IMG/VR virus record: IMGVR_UViG_3300042391_000264
DNA: 64,000 bases
Reading direction: 5' to 3' (one strand)
Origin: an uncultured virus (IMG/VR IMGVR_UViG_3300042391_000264)
Lineage: Duplodnaviria; Heunggongvirae; Uroviricota; Caudoviricetes
Below the pieces are notes generated by a model. It was not told where the DNA came from and ran no database searches. It saw only the letters and a program-made list of their open reading frames with translations. The position numbers and the translations under genes are program-made. This document shows positions 37,176-46,840 of the stretch, in pieces; within the stretch, counting starts at the first letter, position 1, and each line of letters begins with the position of its first letter.

Positions 37176-38266
37176 AATTCACTTCCCGTAAATAGAATTT
37201 TTGCACTTGCGTTATTTAAAAAGCCCATTGTTGCGTTACCAGCCACAAGACCAGAAGCACCAGAAATATCTATCCATGCACTTTTAATTCCAGCGCCGAT
37301 AAACGAAGCGCTACTACCAGCAACTGCATCAGCGCTAGCTCGGGTAACACTTTGATATGCGCCAAGGGTAAACGTTGCCCCTGTGGGTGCTGTACGAGCA
37401 TCAACAGGAAATTTAAATTGAACCCTTGCGGCAGTCGTGCTATATGCTTGACCAACACCAATAACTTCAAAAGTTCCTTCAGCGACTAAGGCTGGCAGAT
37501 ACCGCTGACACAGCGCCAACTCCGTCCCATACTGACGGTACTCAAATGGGGATGCTGTTGTACCTGCTTCTAGTTGTACGCCTGTGATGTAAAAGGTTGC
37601 TCCAGATGTGCCGACTACGGATGTTGTGCCGCTAGGCTGCAAACCAGAGGCAGACTGCGTACCCCATGAGCCAGCAGTTCCAACACGAGTTCCTGATGCA
37701 CCCAAACCAAACCAAACATATACACCGCTGCCGTTTGTTGCCCCGACCCAAGTCCCTGATGTATCGCCAGATACAGTAACGCTAATTTGTGTCCAAGTAT
37801 TTGCTGCGCTTATCGTATATGCAAAAGAAAAACATCGGTTTTGTGCTCCGTTTTCTATAGACCCCCCGAAAGAGCCAGTCAAAGAAGAGCGCACCCAAAA
37901 CGATAAAGTAACAGTCTTTGCGTTAGCTGTTCCAAAACCTAAATCAGCGGTATTAAAGCCTTCAATAATTTGAGCAATAGAAAAATAATCATTACCTGTC
38001 ACAGAATATGCAGAGCTACTTGTTACGCCAATATAGTTACTGAACCCAGTTGGGGGCGTTACCGAGCCAGCATTTTGCTGAACCGTAAATTTAGATGCTT
38101 GTGTACCAGTTGCTTGCCACCTATCTAATGTATAAATTGTTCCAGCGGTATTGGTAAAACTCGCCCCAGAATTCCTTTGGTCAATCACCATTGCACCGTT
38201 GATGATGCGGTTTCGCATCGTTGTGTTGTTTGAGCCGCCTTGGGCGATGTTTACAGCATTAGTCAT
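37172..38266 (-). CDS. Tail fibre / carbohydrate-binding-like protein
   Basis: RNRIINGAMVIDQR; VQLEAGTTASPFEYRQYGTELALCQRY. Confidence 0.75.
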   Translation of the reverse strand: MTNAVNIAQGGSNNTTMRNRIINGAMVIDQRNSGASFTNTAGTIYTLDRWQATGTQASKFTVQQNAGSVTPPTGFSNYIGVTSSSAYSVTGNDYFSIAQIIEGFNTADLGFGTANAKTVTLSFWVRSSLTGSFGGSIENGAQNRCFSFAYTISAANTWTQISVTVSGDTSGTWVGATNGSGVYVWFGLGASGTRVGTAGSWGTQSASGLQPSGTTSVVGTSGATFYITGVQLEAGTTASPFEYRQYGTELALCQRYLPALVAEGTFEVIGVGQAYSTTAARVQFKFPVDARTAPTGATFTLGAYQSVTRASADAVAGSSASFIGAGIKSAWIDISGASGLVAGNATMGFLNNASAKILFTGSEL

Positions 38267-38267
38267 G

Positions 38268-39293
38268 TTATGCGCCCCTTACCATTGCGGCTGAAAATCG
38301 AGATGTAACATTGATAGTTGCATAAGTAAATGTTGGGGTTGTTCCTGTCATAGAACCATATAACTCGACATAATCCGTTGTTCCATTCATGTAAACAACT
38401 TCATTTACTGTGCAAGATAAGTTGCTCATGCTTGATGCAGAAAACACTAAATCAGTGCCCCGTGCATAGACGCTACCATTTTTGTATATGCTGGCAGTAG
38501 CTTGAGTTGCGTTTGCACCAGCAGCACCGTTTCTTACTGTACCGTTTACTTGATAATAGCCTTCAACAGTAGGTGTAAAGCGATAGTTTGTAGTTGAATC
38601 AAAATTACTATTGGTGTCAAAAAGTTCTGCGTTTATGGCTACTTTTGTTGGTACTCCGCTTGTAATAGATTGTGTGGCATTAGCGTAAGCACTAAACGCA
38701 GGGCTACCAGCACTTAATCCAGTACCGCCATAAGCAACGGGAAGTATTCCGCTCAAATATGTAGCCGAAGTCAAACTAATCGCACCCGCAGTAGCAGGGA
38801 TAGCATTCAGCACTGAACTGACCAAGAAGCTCTCTGTGACGACGCTGTCACCTACTGTGCAGGCGTTATTTAAGACTACCGTTGTGCCTGTGGTGGCTAC
38901 AAAGTCTGTGCCATTATTTACTAGCCGTACCCCGTTCCTGTAAACGTCAATGTAGCCAACGGTATAGGAAGGCACACTAAATGATGTTTGGCCCGCTGTT
39001 GCGGTGAAGTTCGTTACGGTTCTGTAGGCTGTAGTCGTTACGCCACTGGCTGGGATGCCAAGGTATCTAACGCTGATGTTGCTTGTGCCTGTTGGTGGAG
39101 CGGCTGAGAAGGTCAGGGTTGTGCCTGATACGCTATATGTCGATGGGTCTTGGAGTACGCCCGTTACAGCAACAATGATTGAAGACGTGTTGGCAGGAGC
39201 CACCGTCATGGTGTAGGCTACTTGTGAGCCTGTCCCGCTGAACGCATCAGTCAGAAATGCTGCTGATAGGGGCGCATTTCCTATATAGCTCAT
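38268..39293 (-). CDS. Tail fibre with C-terminal C1q-like domain
   Basis: MSYIGN start; PAFSAY...FDTNSNFD...RFTPTVEGYYQ...TDYVEL. Confidence 0.75.
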   Translation of the reverse strand: MSYIGNAPLSAAFLTDAFSGTGSQVAYTMTVAPANTSSIIVAVTGVLQDPSTYSVSGTTLTFSAAPPTGTSNISVRYLGIPASGVTTTAYRTVTNFTATAGQTSFSVPSYTVGYIDVYRNGVRLVNNGTDFVATTGTTVVLNNACTVGDSVVTESFLVSSVLNAIPATAGAISLTSATYLSGILPVAYGGTGLSAGSPAFSAYANATQSITSGVPTKVAINAELFDTNSNFDSTTNYRFTPTVEGYYQVNGTVRNGAAGANATQATASIYKNGSVYARGTDLVFSASSMSNLSCTVNEVVYMNGTTDYVELYGSMTGTTPTFTYATINVTSRFSAAMVRGA

Positions 39294-39454
39294 GCTAACT
39301 GTTCCTCGGTGGGTCTGGCTAGTGTTGGATGGTTCCAAATAGCAATGTAGTCACCCTTGCCATCGCTGTCGTTTTGTAGACGGATGGTGTCCATGAAGTC
39401 ACGGTCTGTGAGTTCAGGGTATATTGCTTTAATTTTTTCGTATAAAGTCATCAT
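39290..39454 (-). CDS. XkdW-like small tail protein
   Basis: IYPEL...LQNDSDGKGDYI..WNHPTL.RPT.EQL. Confidence 0.75.
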   Translation of the reverse strand: MMTLYEKIKAIYPELTDRDFMDTIRLQNDSDGKGDYIAIWNHPTLARPTEEQLA

Positions 39455-39939
39455 GCGCTCCTTGCTAAACAACCATCAAACCAAGAAATAGTAGTGGCTC
39501 CTTGGGGCGTTACAGCACCGCCAGAAGTTTGATATAAATAAATTTCAACGTAATCTGTACTACCATTGCAAAACACTAAACCAGAAACAGCCATATCTTG
39601 CATAGTTGCCGTAGACATCCAAATACCTCGTTTATATTCCGCAGCATTTCTAAGAATTGTTAAGAAGCCGGGGGCCGCAGCACTAATTTGAAAGGCGGCA
39701 TTAATTTGATAATAACCAGCAACCGTAGGCGTAAACCTACTTGATGCAAAATTAGAATTTGTATCAAACAATTCTGTGTCAAAAAGAACTTTTGTAAATG
39801 TTCCAGAGGCTATAGAGCCACCACTAGCGGCTAAATAAGCACTAAACGCAGGGCCAGTACCAGCCACACCCGTAGCCAATTTTGCTTGGGACACCCCTGC
39901 TGTTGCAAGTCCCGCTGTTCCAATAGTGCTGATAGGCAT
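39451..39939 (-). CDS. C1q-like tail protein
   Basis: PAFSAY...FDTNSNF..SRFTPTVAGYYQ...TDYVEI. Confidence 0.75.
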   Translation of the reverse strand: MPISTIGTAGLATAGVSQAKLATGVAGTGPAFSAYLAASGGSIASGTFTKVLFDTELFDTNSNFASSRFTPTVAGYYQINAAFQISAAAPGFLTILRNAAEYKRGIWMSTATMQDMAVSGLVFCNGSTDYVEIYLYQTSGGAVTPQGATTISWFDGCLARSA

Positions 39940-39942
39940 TAT

Positions 39943-40176
39943 CTACCCTCCATTTGGCATTGCTGCCTTGATTTCAGCAGGTGTTGTAGCAGCATCAATG
40001 GCTGTTTGCATCTCAGCGTATTTGGTGCGGATAACAGCACGGGCCGCTTCTGCTGCTGTTGCCTCAGAAGGGATGGTTGCCTTGATGTCTAATGGTGCAA
40101 ACTCAGCAGCACGGGCATTTCTACGGGCATCATGCGCTATGTTCTTTGCTTTGGTGATGTCAATTACGACGCCCAT
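39943..40176 (-). CDS. Tail fibre assembly-like protein
   Basis: IDITKAK.IAH..RR.AR..EF.PLD. Confidence 0.7.
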   Translation of the reverse strand: MGVVIDITKAKNIAHDARRNARAAEFAPLDIKATIPSEATAAEAARAVIRTKYAEMQTAIDAATTPAEIKAAMPNGG

Positions 40177-40337
40177 GTCCATGCTCCTCTAAATGTGCGG
40201 TCTTCGGGGATGTCTGCAACATCAACAATCTTGTAGGGCTTGCCTTCAGGAATGTCCTTCATTGCTGCTTCAATAGATTCAGCGGGAATAATGACAGCCA
40301 CGCCGCCATCGTCAGTTGGGTAAATGATTCTTTGCAT
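40164..40337 (-). CDS. Tail fibre assembly-like protein (57 aa)
   Basis: Hand-translated MQRIIYPTDDGGVAVIIP...DIPEDRTFRGAW. Confidence 0.7.
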   Translation of the reverse strand: MQRIIYPTDDGGVAVIIPAESIEAAMKDIPEGKPYKIVDVADIPEDRTFRGAWTWAS

Positions 40338-40346
40338 AGTGTTCTT

Positions 40347-41078
40347 TCAACGGAAGACGGCTACAAACATACGCGAGGTATCGGCAGCAGCATTAGCCTC
40401 AATATGCACTACTTGCACACTGCTCGTGGAGGGCGTCCCAGTGATTTTGTTGGCCGTGTTAAGGTCAGAAACTTCGTTAGCCGCAGATACATTTACGCAG
40501 TAATTTGCATCAGGCATTGCGGTAGTAAAGTTTACTGTGTAGTTACCAGTACCATTATCCGTGATGCTGGTGACGTTACCACTCGCACGAATAGCCACAG
40601 TGCCAGTGCCGTTGAAGTTTACCCAAGCCCTTGCGCCATAGATTGGCGCAGTACCCGACACAGTTGCAAATTGTGCAGAATTAATGTTTGGGGTTGTTAG
40701 CGTTGGAGATGTTCCTAGAACAACCGCTCCAGAACCTGTTGTGCTAGATAGTTTTTCTGTTGTTACAGAAGCATCTATTAAAGCCGTTGTTCCTACCGTC
40801 CCTTGGCCCGGTGCTATGACCTGAGTGATGGGGCTGGTGTAGTACACATAGATGTTGTTTGTTCCACTCAGAGGAGCAGAGGTAAACGTGATCGTGTTAG
40901 CACTGATCGTGTATGCCGAACTGGGGTTCTGGGCTACGTTGTCAATAACCACCTGCACCTGTGCCACAGACGCAACTGGGCGAGACAGCGTGAACGCCGT
41001 GGCAGAGCCTGTACCACTGAAATAATCAATGGCTGGCGTAAAAGCCTGTGTGGTGTTGGTGTTGCCTATAAAAGCCAT
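40347..41078 (-). CDS. Tail fibre protein
   Basis: MAFIGN start; ARAWVNFNG...NVTSITDNGTGNYTVNF. Confidence 0.75.
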   Translation of the reverse strand: MAFIGNTNTTQAFTPAIDYFSGTGSATAFTLSRPVASVAQVQVVIDNVAQNPSSAYTISANTITFTSAPLSGTNNIYVYYTSPITQVIAPGQGTVGTTALIDASVTTEKLSSTTGSGAVVLGTSPTLTTPNINSAQFATVSGTAPIYGARAWVNFNGTGTVAIRASGNVTSITDNGTGNYTVNFTTAMPDANYCVNVSAANEVSDLNTANKITGTPSTSSVQVVHIEANAAADTSRMFVAVFR

Positions 41079-41079
41079 G

Positions 41080-41406
41080 TTATGCCGCCAATAAGACAGA
41101 AACCACTACGTCAGCCGATGTTGCCGCGCTTGATACCACCTTTAGCGCATCTGACGCAATCAGCACAATCCTGTTACCTTGAATTACCTCTAGCGAACCG
41201 CCCACGGGAACAGTAGCCGTCTTGACCAAGTAGTAGTCCACCGCAGACCGAGTGAAGTACACATCACAGGTGATAGGGGAAACGGAAGTGTTAGCCACCA
41301 CCAGACTGGCTACAGCCGCCGTAGTGGAAGCAGATACCGTAACTAGAGTAGAAGCAGATGTGCCAACATTCTTGGCTACATATGAAATATTGGTGTAGGT
41401 TGCCAT
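41080..41406 (-). CDS. Small beta-rich virion protein
   Basis: VPVGGSLEV...GN.IVL...D.L.V. Confidence 0.7.
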   Translation of the reverse strand: MATYTNISYVAKNVGTSASTLVTVSASTTAAVASLVVANTSVSPITCDVYFTRSAVDYYLVKTATVPVGGSLEVIQGNRIVLIASDALKVVSSAATSADVVVSVLLAA

Positions 41407-41407
41407 A

Positions 41408-41785
41408 TTAGCCCATCATAAAAGAAAGAAAGTACGCTTGGTCAAGGATGTTCTGCGTAGGAGGATCGTTAGTGACCGAGTATTCGGCGGGGTAAGCTAC
41501 AAAGACGTCCTTTGTTCCCGCGCTAAAACTAAGTGCTGATGGCTGTGTAGCGGAACTATTTGACAGAACCGTTGTACGGGCTAAGAGTGTTCCTGACGAT
41601 GTGTAAGTACCGATCCCAACTTCCCACTCCGACCCACTTTGGCTTGCAATCGTGTAGTACGTTGTGTTTGCGTCGCCAATGACCGCAAAAGACTGAAACC
41701 CGGTTGATGCGCCGAGAAGCGTCACTGTTCCCGTACCTGTCGTGGTAGTTGTTTCTTTTACCCGGTCTGCTAGTACGAGAGCCAT
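41408..41785 (-). CDS. Virion structural protein
   Basis: [19 protein letters not shown]...WEVGIGTY. Confidence 0.75.
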   Translation of the reverse strand: MALVLADRVKETTTTTGTGTVTLLGASTGFQSFAVIGDANTTYYTIASQSGSEWEVGIGTYTSSGTLLARTTVLSNSSATQPSALSFSAGTKDVFVAYPAEYSVTNDPPTQNILDQAYFLSFMMG

Positions 41786-41793
41786 ATTTGTCC

Positions 41794-42702
41794 TTAATCT
41801 GTCTCAACCAACGCCCAGTCGGCTACTTCCGTGGTGTCCACCAGCGCCCAGTTAGATGTTTCCGCTGTGTTTACCAACGCCCAATTGGATGTCTCTGCGG
41901 TGTTGACCAACGCCCAGCTAGAAGATTGAGAGTCGTTCACATTTTGCCAGTTTGGGGTCTGGCTGTCATCTACTAATATCCAATAAACAGCGATTACAGT
42001 TCCAACTGCACCAGAAGCGGATACACCTGACAAGGCAACCGTTACTACAGGGCCAACCGACCCAACCAAACCAGACGCTGAATCCGTGGTTAACGGAGCA
42101 ACTTGCGCGTAATCAACAGCACTGACCGCCCCAGAAGCCGTGACACTCGTCAACGCAACTGAGATTACAGGGGCTACCGAGCCAACTTCGCCTATCGCCA
42201 CATCGCCGGATGTCGCATCCGACTCGTTGTAAATTACCGTACCAACCGCGCCAGAAGCCTCAACCCCCGTAAGAGCAACCGTAATACTAGGAACAACCGT
42301 GCCTACTGCACCGTCCGCTTGAACACCTGTTAGAGCAAATATCTTCTCTGGGGTAAGTGTACCTGTAGCCCCGTTAGCATGAACACCCGCTATTAATGGA
42401 AAGTTGGTTTCGTCTACAGCACCAACGTCTGCGTTAGATAAAACACCAGTTAAATCTACGGCTTGACTTTGCGTAACAGAGCCAACACTGCCAGTTGCAG
42501 ATACGCCCGTAAGAGCGGCAGTGATTTCTGCTGTTACAGACCCAGCAGTACCCGTTGCCTCATTGCCTGTAAGAGCAAGAGCCTTAACAGCCTCTACCGT
42601 CCCAACCGCACCAGTCGCAACTACACCCGTCAGGGCAACAACAACTGTGTTTTCCCCTAATGACGCAAACGGGGCCTGTGCATATGCGGAGATACCAAAC
42701 AT
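41794..42702 (-). CDS. Repetitive structural protein
   Basis: Repeating LTGV.A.G.VG units; C-terminal [11 protein letters not shown] repeats. Confidence 0.75.
   Translation of the reverse strand: MFGISAYAQAPFASLGENTVVVALTGVVATGAVGTVEAVKALALTGNEATGTAGSVTAEITAALTGVSATGSVGSVTQSQAVDLTGVLSNADVGAVDETNFPLIAGVHANGATGTLTPEKIFALTGVQADGAVGTVVPSITVALTGVEASGAVGTVIYNESDATSGDVAIGEVGSVAPVISVALTSVTASGAVSAVDYAQVAPLTTDSASGLVGSVGPVVTVALSGVSASGAVGTVIAVYWILVDDSQTPNWQNVNDSQSSSWALVNTAETSNWALVNTAETSNWALVDTTEVADWALVETD
41810..41955. repeat. Degenerate 33-bp tandem repeat (W-[AQ]-[LN]-V 11-aa units)
   Basis: ACCA[AG]CGCCCA recurs at 33-nt spacing. Confidence 0.8.
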
Positions 42703-42727
42703 GGTCTACGGCTTACGCCGCCTCCGC

Positions 42728-43204
42728 TTAGGTTGTTGCCAGACGCAGTAACGCGGTTGATGTGGTGTTGGCTGGCATCGTTAAAGTGAACGTGCCCGCA
42801 GTAATGGTCTGACTACCAAAGGTATGAACAGAAACCGCTTTATTACTCTGCGAAGAGTTATAAATTAACACTGCATCAAACGCTGTGGCTAAAGTCACCG
42901 AGGTGTAAGTTAAGCTGGCAGAAGGAGTAAAAAACGCTACGCCCGCCGTAGTAGAGGCGTTGGTCGCTGTAGGAGGAGTTGCAGCCGTGACCGCTACACC
43001 TCCTGCGGTGTACCCAGCACCAGAGACTTCTCCAGTTGCCGAATATGCCGTAGTAGATGCGTCGTAAGTAGCAGATGCCAAATACAAAGCCGCTTTAAAA
43101 GTGTCGGCCGCGGATGTGCCACGGGTCGGCGCAGTGCCAAAGTTATGAGTCGCAGTCATTAACTCGCCCATAAACGAGGTTGTCATTGATTGGGTATTTG
43201 CCAT
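42728..43204 (-). CDS. Structural protein (paralog of 43418..43864)
   Basis: TFKAALY...YSATGEVSGAGYTAGG...LIYNSSQ.NKAV. Confidence 0.75.
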   Translation of the reverse strand: MANTQSMTTSFMGELMTATHNFGTAPTRGTSAADTFKAALYLASATYDASTTAYSATGEVSGAGYTAGGVAVTAATPPTATNASTTAGVAFFTPSASLTYTSVTLATAFDAVLIYNSSQSNKAVSVHTFGSQTITAGTFTLTMPANTTSTALLRLATT

Positions 43205-43214
43205 GATATTTCCT

Positions 43215-43409
43215 TTAACCGATTGATGCTGTTTCGCCACCAATGAATGAAGGCGACTTCTTCAAAGTTACATGGGCAGAACGATGAACAAGCTCACCCT
43301 CTAACCAGTACTCAACCCATGTTGTGAGTTCATTGTCATTATCCACTGTGCCGTCCCGCTTTTCAAGCAGGGAGTCGTCCATATCGCCTTTTGTTGTGGT
43401 TACAAGCAT
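43215..43409 (-). CDS. Hypothetical protein
   Basis: TTKGDMD...WVEYWLEGELVHRS; TAAGGA RBS. Confidence 0.75.
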   Translation of the reverse strand: MLVTTTKGDMDDSLLEKRDGTVDNDNELTTWVEYWLEGELVHRSAHVTLKKSPSFIGGETASIG

Positions 43410-43417
43410 ATTGATCC

Positions 43418-43864
43418 TTATGAAATTCGCACAATTGCGCCGGAAGCGTCTGCGGCTGGGAAAGTGATTAAAAACGTAGCATTGGTTGTAGTCTTATCTG
43501 CGCCAAAATCCAGCACCGCCACGGACTTGTTACCCTGTGTACTGTTGTAGATCAGAGCGCCGCGAGCCGTAATAGTTGAACTTGCCCAAGATGTATTGGA
43601 AAAACTAACGAACGCGGTTGGGATACTTGCGGTACTGTTGCCCGAGGTGGGGCTGGTCGAAATAACCAACGTGTTGCCGCCCGCCGTGTAGCCTGTTCCA
43701 ACCACTTCGTCAGTTGCTGTATATGCAGTGGTGGCGGGGCCAATATCCGACGCCGCCGTGTACAGGGCAATCTTAAAAGTGTCTGGCGTTGTTGGGCCAA
43801 AGTTATGAACCGCCTGAAGCAGTTCCACCTTGAAGCTGGTTGTGGATGTCTGAGCTATGGTCAT
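43418..43864 (-). CDS. Structural protein
   Basis: TFKIALY...EVVGTGYTAGG...ARGALIYN...VLDFG.DK. Confidence 0.75.
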   Translation of the reverse strand: MTIAQTSTTSFKVELLQAVHNFGPTTPDTFKIALYTAASDIGPATTAYTATDEVVGTGYTAGGNTLVISTSPTSGNSTASIPTAFVSFSNTSWASSTITARGALIYNSTQGNKSVAVLDFGADKTTTNATFLITFPAADASGAIVRIS

Positions 43865-44583
43865 GTGACTGCCTGTCTATATTGACCACTACGGTATGCG
43901 TCTTGGCGTTCCATGCCGTCACCCAGACGTTTAGCCAGAGCCAGCGCTTCTTTGTACTTGGTGTCGTACAAACCAATGATGTCTGCTTCACCCTTCATGT
44001 ACGTGTACGCCTCGACCAAACTGCCATACAGCAAGACCGTATCAAAGTTGTCGCCCAACCATGTCTGTCCAGAGGCAACGGTTGTAATGGACTCGGGATA
44101 GTAGTAATAGTGCAATTCCACGTAGTACGCGGCATCTGGCGTTGGGCCGAGAATAATTGATAGCTCGTTTGTAATTGCTGAACTGACGATTGTTGGGCCA
44201 AACAGCGCGTAATATTTTGGCTCGCCCGTAGAATTTGGAGTTGGGTACGCCTGACGGATAAAGTTTGCGTCCTTGTTGAGTAAATACTCAAACGTGCCAG
44301 TATCTAAATTTCCGCCAGTAACACCTGTTACCAAGGCCAACGAGTAAACAGCCAAGAAGTCGTCTGGTAGAGACACGTACTTGTTGTTTGCCGTTATCAA
44401 TGAGTACTGATTCTTGCGGATCGACGGGAACTGCACCGAGTTGTAGATGCGCTGCTCGGCCTGCTCAATCAGAGTGTTAATCTGGGTTGTGCTGGACACG
44501 GTAGCACCGCTCGCCAGATATGTAGCTGGGAACTGATTCTCCGTGTACGACTGGATCGACGCTACGAGCTCGGTGTATGTCAT
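43861..44583 (-). CDS. Head-tail adaptor-like protein
   Basis: I.QAE.RI, G.PKYY, PTPD..Y and LLYG.L.EA motifs. Confidence 0.65.
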   Translation of the reverse strand: MTYTELVASIQSYTENQFPATYLASGATVSSTTQINTLIEQAEQRIYNSVQFPSIRKNQYSLITANNKYVSLPDDFLAVYSLALVTGVTGGNLDTGTFEYLLNKDANFIRQAYPTPNSTGEPKYYALFGPTIVSSAITNELSIILGPTPDAAYYVELHYYYYPESITTVASGQTWLGDNFDTVLLYGSLVEAYTYMKGEADIIGLYDTKYKEALALAKRLGDGMERQDAYRSGQYRQAVT

Positions 44584-44586
44584 GTT

Positions 44587-44853
44587 TTACGCCATTGGGC
44601 CACGAGCCATTAAGCCCTTGGTAGCTGCGCCCGTGCCACGGATTTTAATGCCCGAGGTTTTGGCTGGCTGGTCACCGGCGAACTTGCTAACAGCGCCAAG
44701 GCTCACGTTGTAGGTGTCCAACTTGCTGTGGTTCGGCATCTTGCCCGGGTTGGTTTCCGCAACTACAGGTTTACCGGTCATGGTGTGCGGCTTAGCATAG
44801 ACGCTGGCATCACCAACTTCTTTGCCGCCAACCTTTTTGCTGTATTTAGCCAT
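44587..44853 (-). CDS. Small basic protein
   Basis: AAGGAG RBS; C-terminal RGTGAATKG. Confidence 0.7.
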   Translation of the reverse strand: MAKYSKKVGGKEVGDASVYAKPHTMTGKPVVAETNPGKMPNHSKLDTYNVSLGAVSKFAGDQPAKTSGIKIRGTGAATKGLMARGPMA

Positions 44854-44863
44854 CTTCAACTCC

Positions 44864-45250
44864 TTATGTGGTAACCGTAACTGTACCAATTTGTACGCCT
44901 AAAGCCAAGAGATTTGGCGTCAACGCATCATCAAAAAACCTAGAGCCACCCACCGGATACCAGCCCCACTGGATGTTCCGGCTACCTTCGCCCGGGCTAC
45001 CATTTGCCAAAAGCCCCGAAGCCACGTAGCTACGGTCTGGGCGCGGGTCACGCAAGCCCTGCGGATCATCAACTGGATACATACCCAACTGAAGCTGCGG
45101 TTGATCTGGGTCCCAACACTCAGGACATACAAGCAAATTGTACGTCTTAGTCTTGATAATTTCTTTCCGCAGCACCTTTAAACTAAAGCGCTGCCCACAG
45201 CGGTCACACTCCGCAATCGCGTTCTTGCCGCTGGCAAACCTATTGCCCAT
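44864..45250 (-). CDS. Zn-finger-like protein
   Basis: CDRCG...VCPECWD. Confidence 0.75.
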   Translation of the reverse strand: MGNRFASGKNAIAECDRCGQRFSLKVLRKEIIKTKTYNLLVCPECWDPDQPQLQLGMYPVDDPQGLRDPRPDRSYVASGLLANGSPGEGSRNIQWGWYPVGGSRFFDDALTPNLLALGVQIGTVTVTT

Positions 45251-45251
45251 A

Positions 45252-46175
45252 TCAGTTTATAAACATCTGGCGCGGCACAAATCGCACCGCAGCTTTTTCA
45301 CTATCCTCACCGGCGGCGTTCTGCCAAGCCTCGTCATACTGAGATTTGAGCATGGGTAGACGCTCAAACCCTGAAGGAATCTTGCCCGCTAGGTAATACG
45401 ACAAGCCCGCTGCCATGCAAGGCACGAACCGGAACGGAACGTCCATAACGTTGACCCCGCCGCCAGCGTCCTGAGTGCGGCGCAGACGCCAGTAAACCAA
45501 TTCGTAAGTCTGCGACCCGTCAGGCGTTGGCCAGACCGTAACGGCGGGCAGCTGCTCCCAGTACACGGCTGTAGCAGTGGTATGCACGGCTGCGGTGCTG
45601 TTATTTTGAGCACGAAAACAGCTGTTTAGGGTATTCCCTGATATGTAGCCATAATTGATGGTCTCGTTGTCAATTTTGATGAAGCCAGATGCGGGTAGGC
45701 CCACAGTAGAACTGAGGGTGATTGTTGTATCTGTCGCAGTGATGCCCCCGTTTAGCGTCAGACCAGTGGGCGAGCTTTGTGCGTTGTACCGCTGAATCCA
45801 AATTTGGATGGGCCGCGCCTGCTGGATTTTGTTTGGGATCGTGGCATAGGTTGATACGCTGATCCGGGTAATCGTCAAGTCTGCCTGCGTAGACGCTGCG
45901 TTACCGCCAGTGCGGATGACGTGCTCAAGCAGGTCAATAGTGTCAGATGGCAGCGCGTAAGTATTCTGGCCCTGCACAAAGGTGATGGTGCCCGGCTCAA
46001 TCGTCCACATGTTGATGCCACGATTGGCCCAATCAGCGAACATGATGTTCAGGCTACGGCGAGCAGTCCGCAGGTCATAGCCGGTACGCATCTCGCTACC
46101 GGCGCGTTCAAACGCCTCCTCGACCAACTCAGTCAGGTCAAGGTTAAACGAGGAAGAGCCGGAAGTGTTTGCCAT
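45252..46175 (-). CDS. Head-tail connector/adaptor-like protein with an inserted beta domain
   Basis: EEAFERAG...ARRSLN....WANRG.N.W; VWPTPD; P.RF..C...GL.Y. Confidence 0.65.
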   Translation of the reverse strand: MANTSGSSSFNLDLTELVEEAFERAGSEMRTGYDLRTARRSLNIMFADWANRGINMWTIEPGTITFVQGQNTYALPSDTIDLLEHVIRTGGNAASTQADLTITRISVSTYATIPNKIQQARPIQIWIQRYNAQSSPTGLTLNGGITATDTTITLSSTVGLPASGFIKIDNETINYGYISGNTLNSCFRAQNNSTAAVHTTATAVYWEQLPAVTVWPTPDGSQTYELVYWRLRRTQDAGGGVNVMDVPFRFVPCMAAGLSYYLAGKIPSGFERLPMLKSQYDEAWQNAAGEDSEKAAVRFVPRQMFIN

Positions 46176-46408
46176 TATCTAAACCCTGCTGTTTTCTTTG
46201 CAATCGTTTTGGGTTGGGCTACGAATTGTTTTCCGGCTTTTTTGCCAGCACGCTTCGCACGCGTTGTCGCAGCGTATTCACTAGGGCTGAGACTTTTAAT
46301 CGCAGCGCTTGGGAGGTATCGCTCACCTGTTTCAGAAGATTTTTTACCACTTTTGGTTCTCCATTTTTGGTCGCCCCAATTCTTCAGAGACTGTTGTGGG
46401 GCTTTCAT
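46175..46408 (-). CDS. Small basic protein (DUF5872-like, second half)
   Basis: SLKNW..QKWRTKSG...GERYLP. Confidence 0.65.
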   Translation of the reverse strand: MKAPQQSLKNWGDQKWRTKSGKKSSETGERYLPSAAIKSLSPSEYAATTRAKRAGKKAGKQFVAQPKTIAKKTAGFR

Positions 46409-46409
46409 A

Positions 46410-46658
46410 TCAGTCTTTGTAGCCGCCACCAGCGGCTTTGTAACGTTTAGCCATCAATTGGGCCTTACGGGCCGACCACTGACCTGCGCCTGTGCCTTGC
46501 ACTGCTGCGGCTTTGATGCTGTTAAAAATACGCTTGCGAAGACCGGGCTTGGTGTAGTTGCCCGCTTCATTGACCTTGCCGCCTTCAGCCATCTTGACGG
46601 CTTTAGCTTTGGGTATTTTCTTCGGGTTTATGGCCCCCATGCCACGGCTGGACATCAT
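46410..46658 (-). CDS. Small basic protein (DUF5872-like, first half) with MAEGG motif
   Basis: NYTKPGLR...GQWSARKAQL.A..Y...GGGY. Confidence 0.7.
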   Translation of the reverse strand: MMSSRGMGAINPKKIPKAKAVKMAEGGKVNEAGNYTKPGLRKRIFNSIKAAAVQGTGAGQWSARKAQLMAKRYKAAGGGYKD

Positions 46659-46660
46659 GG

Positions 46661-46840
46661 TTACACCATCCGGCCTTTTGTGTGGCCCTTAGAGATGCAG
46701 CCATCAGCACGAGTGACACCACCGGAAGCCAATTTCTTCACTGGTTCGTCCACAGGGACTGAGTCAGGGTACGTCTTGGCCTTTGCCTGCTTTGGCTTGG
46801 CCACGGGCTCGTCCACTGGGGTATCTTTGGGGTATTTCAT
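46661..46840 (-). CDS. Small tagged protein (59 aa, absent from the ORF track)
   Basis: Hand-translated: MKYPKDTPVDEPVAKPKQAKAKTYPDSVPVDEPVKKLASGGVTRADGCISKGHTKGRMV. Confidence 0.75.
   Translation of the reverse strand: MKYPKDTPVDEPVAKPKQAKAKTYPDSVPVDEPVKKLASGGVTRADGCISKGHTKGRMV

Noticed and set aside
36100..39939. Diversity-generating retroelement acting on the paralogous fibres
   Set aside because: No reverse transcriptase, and no near-identical template/variable repeat pair with A-specific differences was seen.
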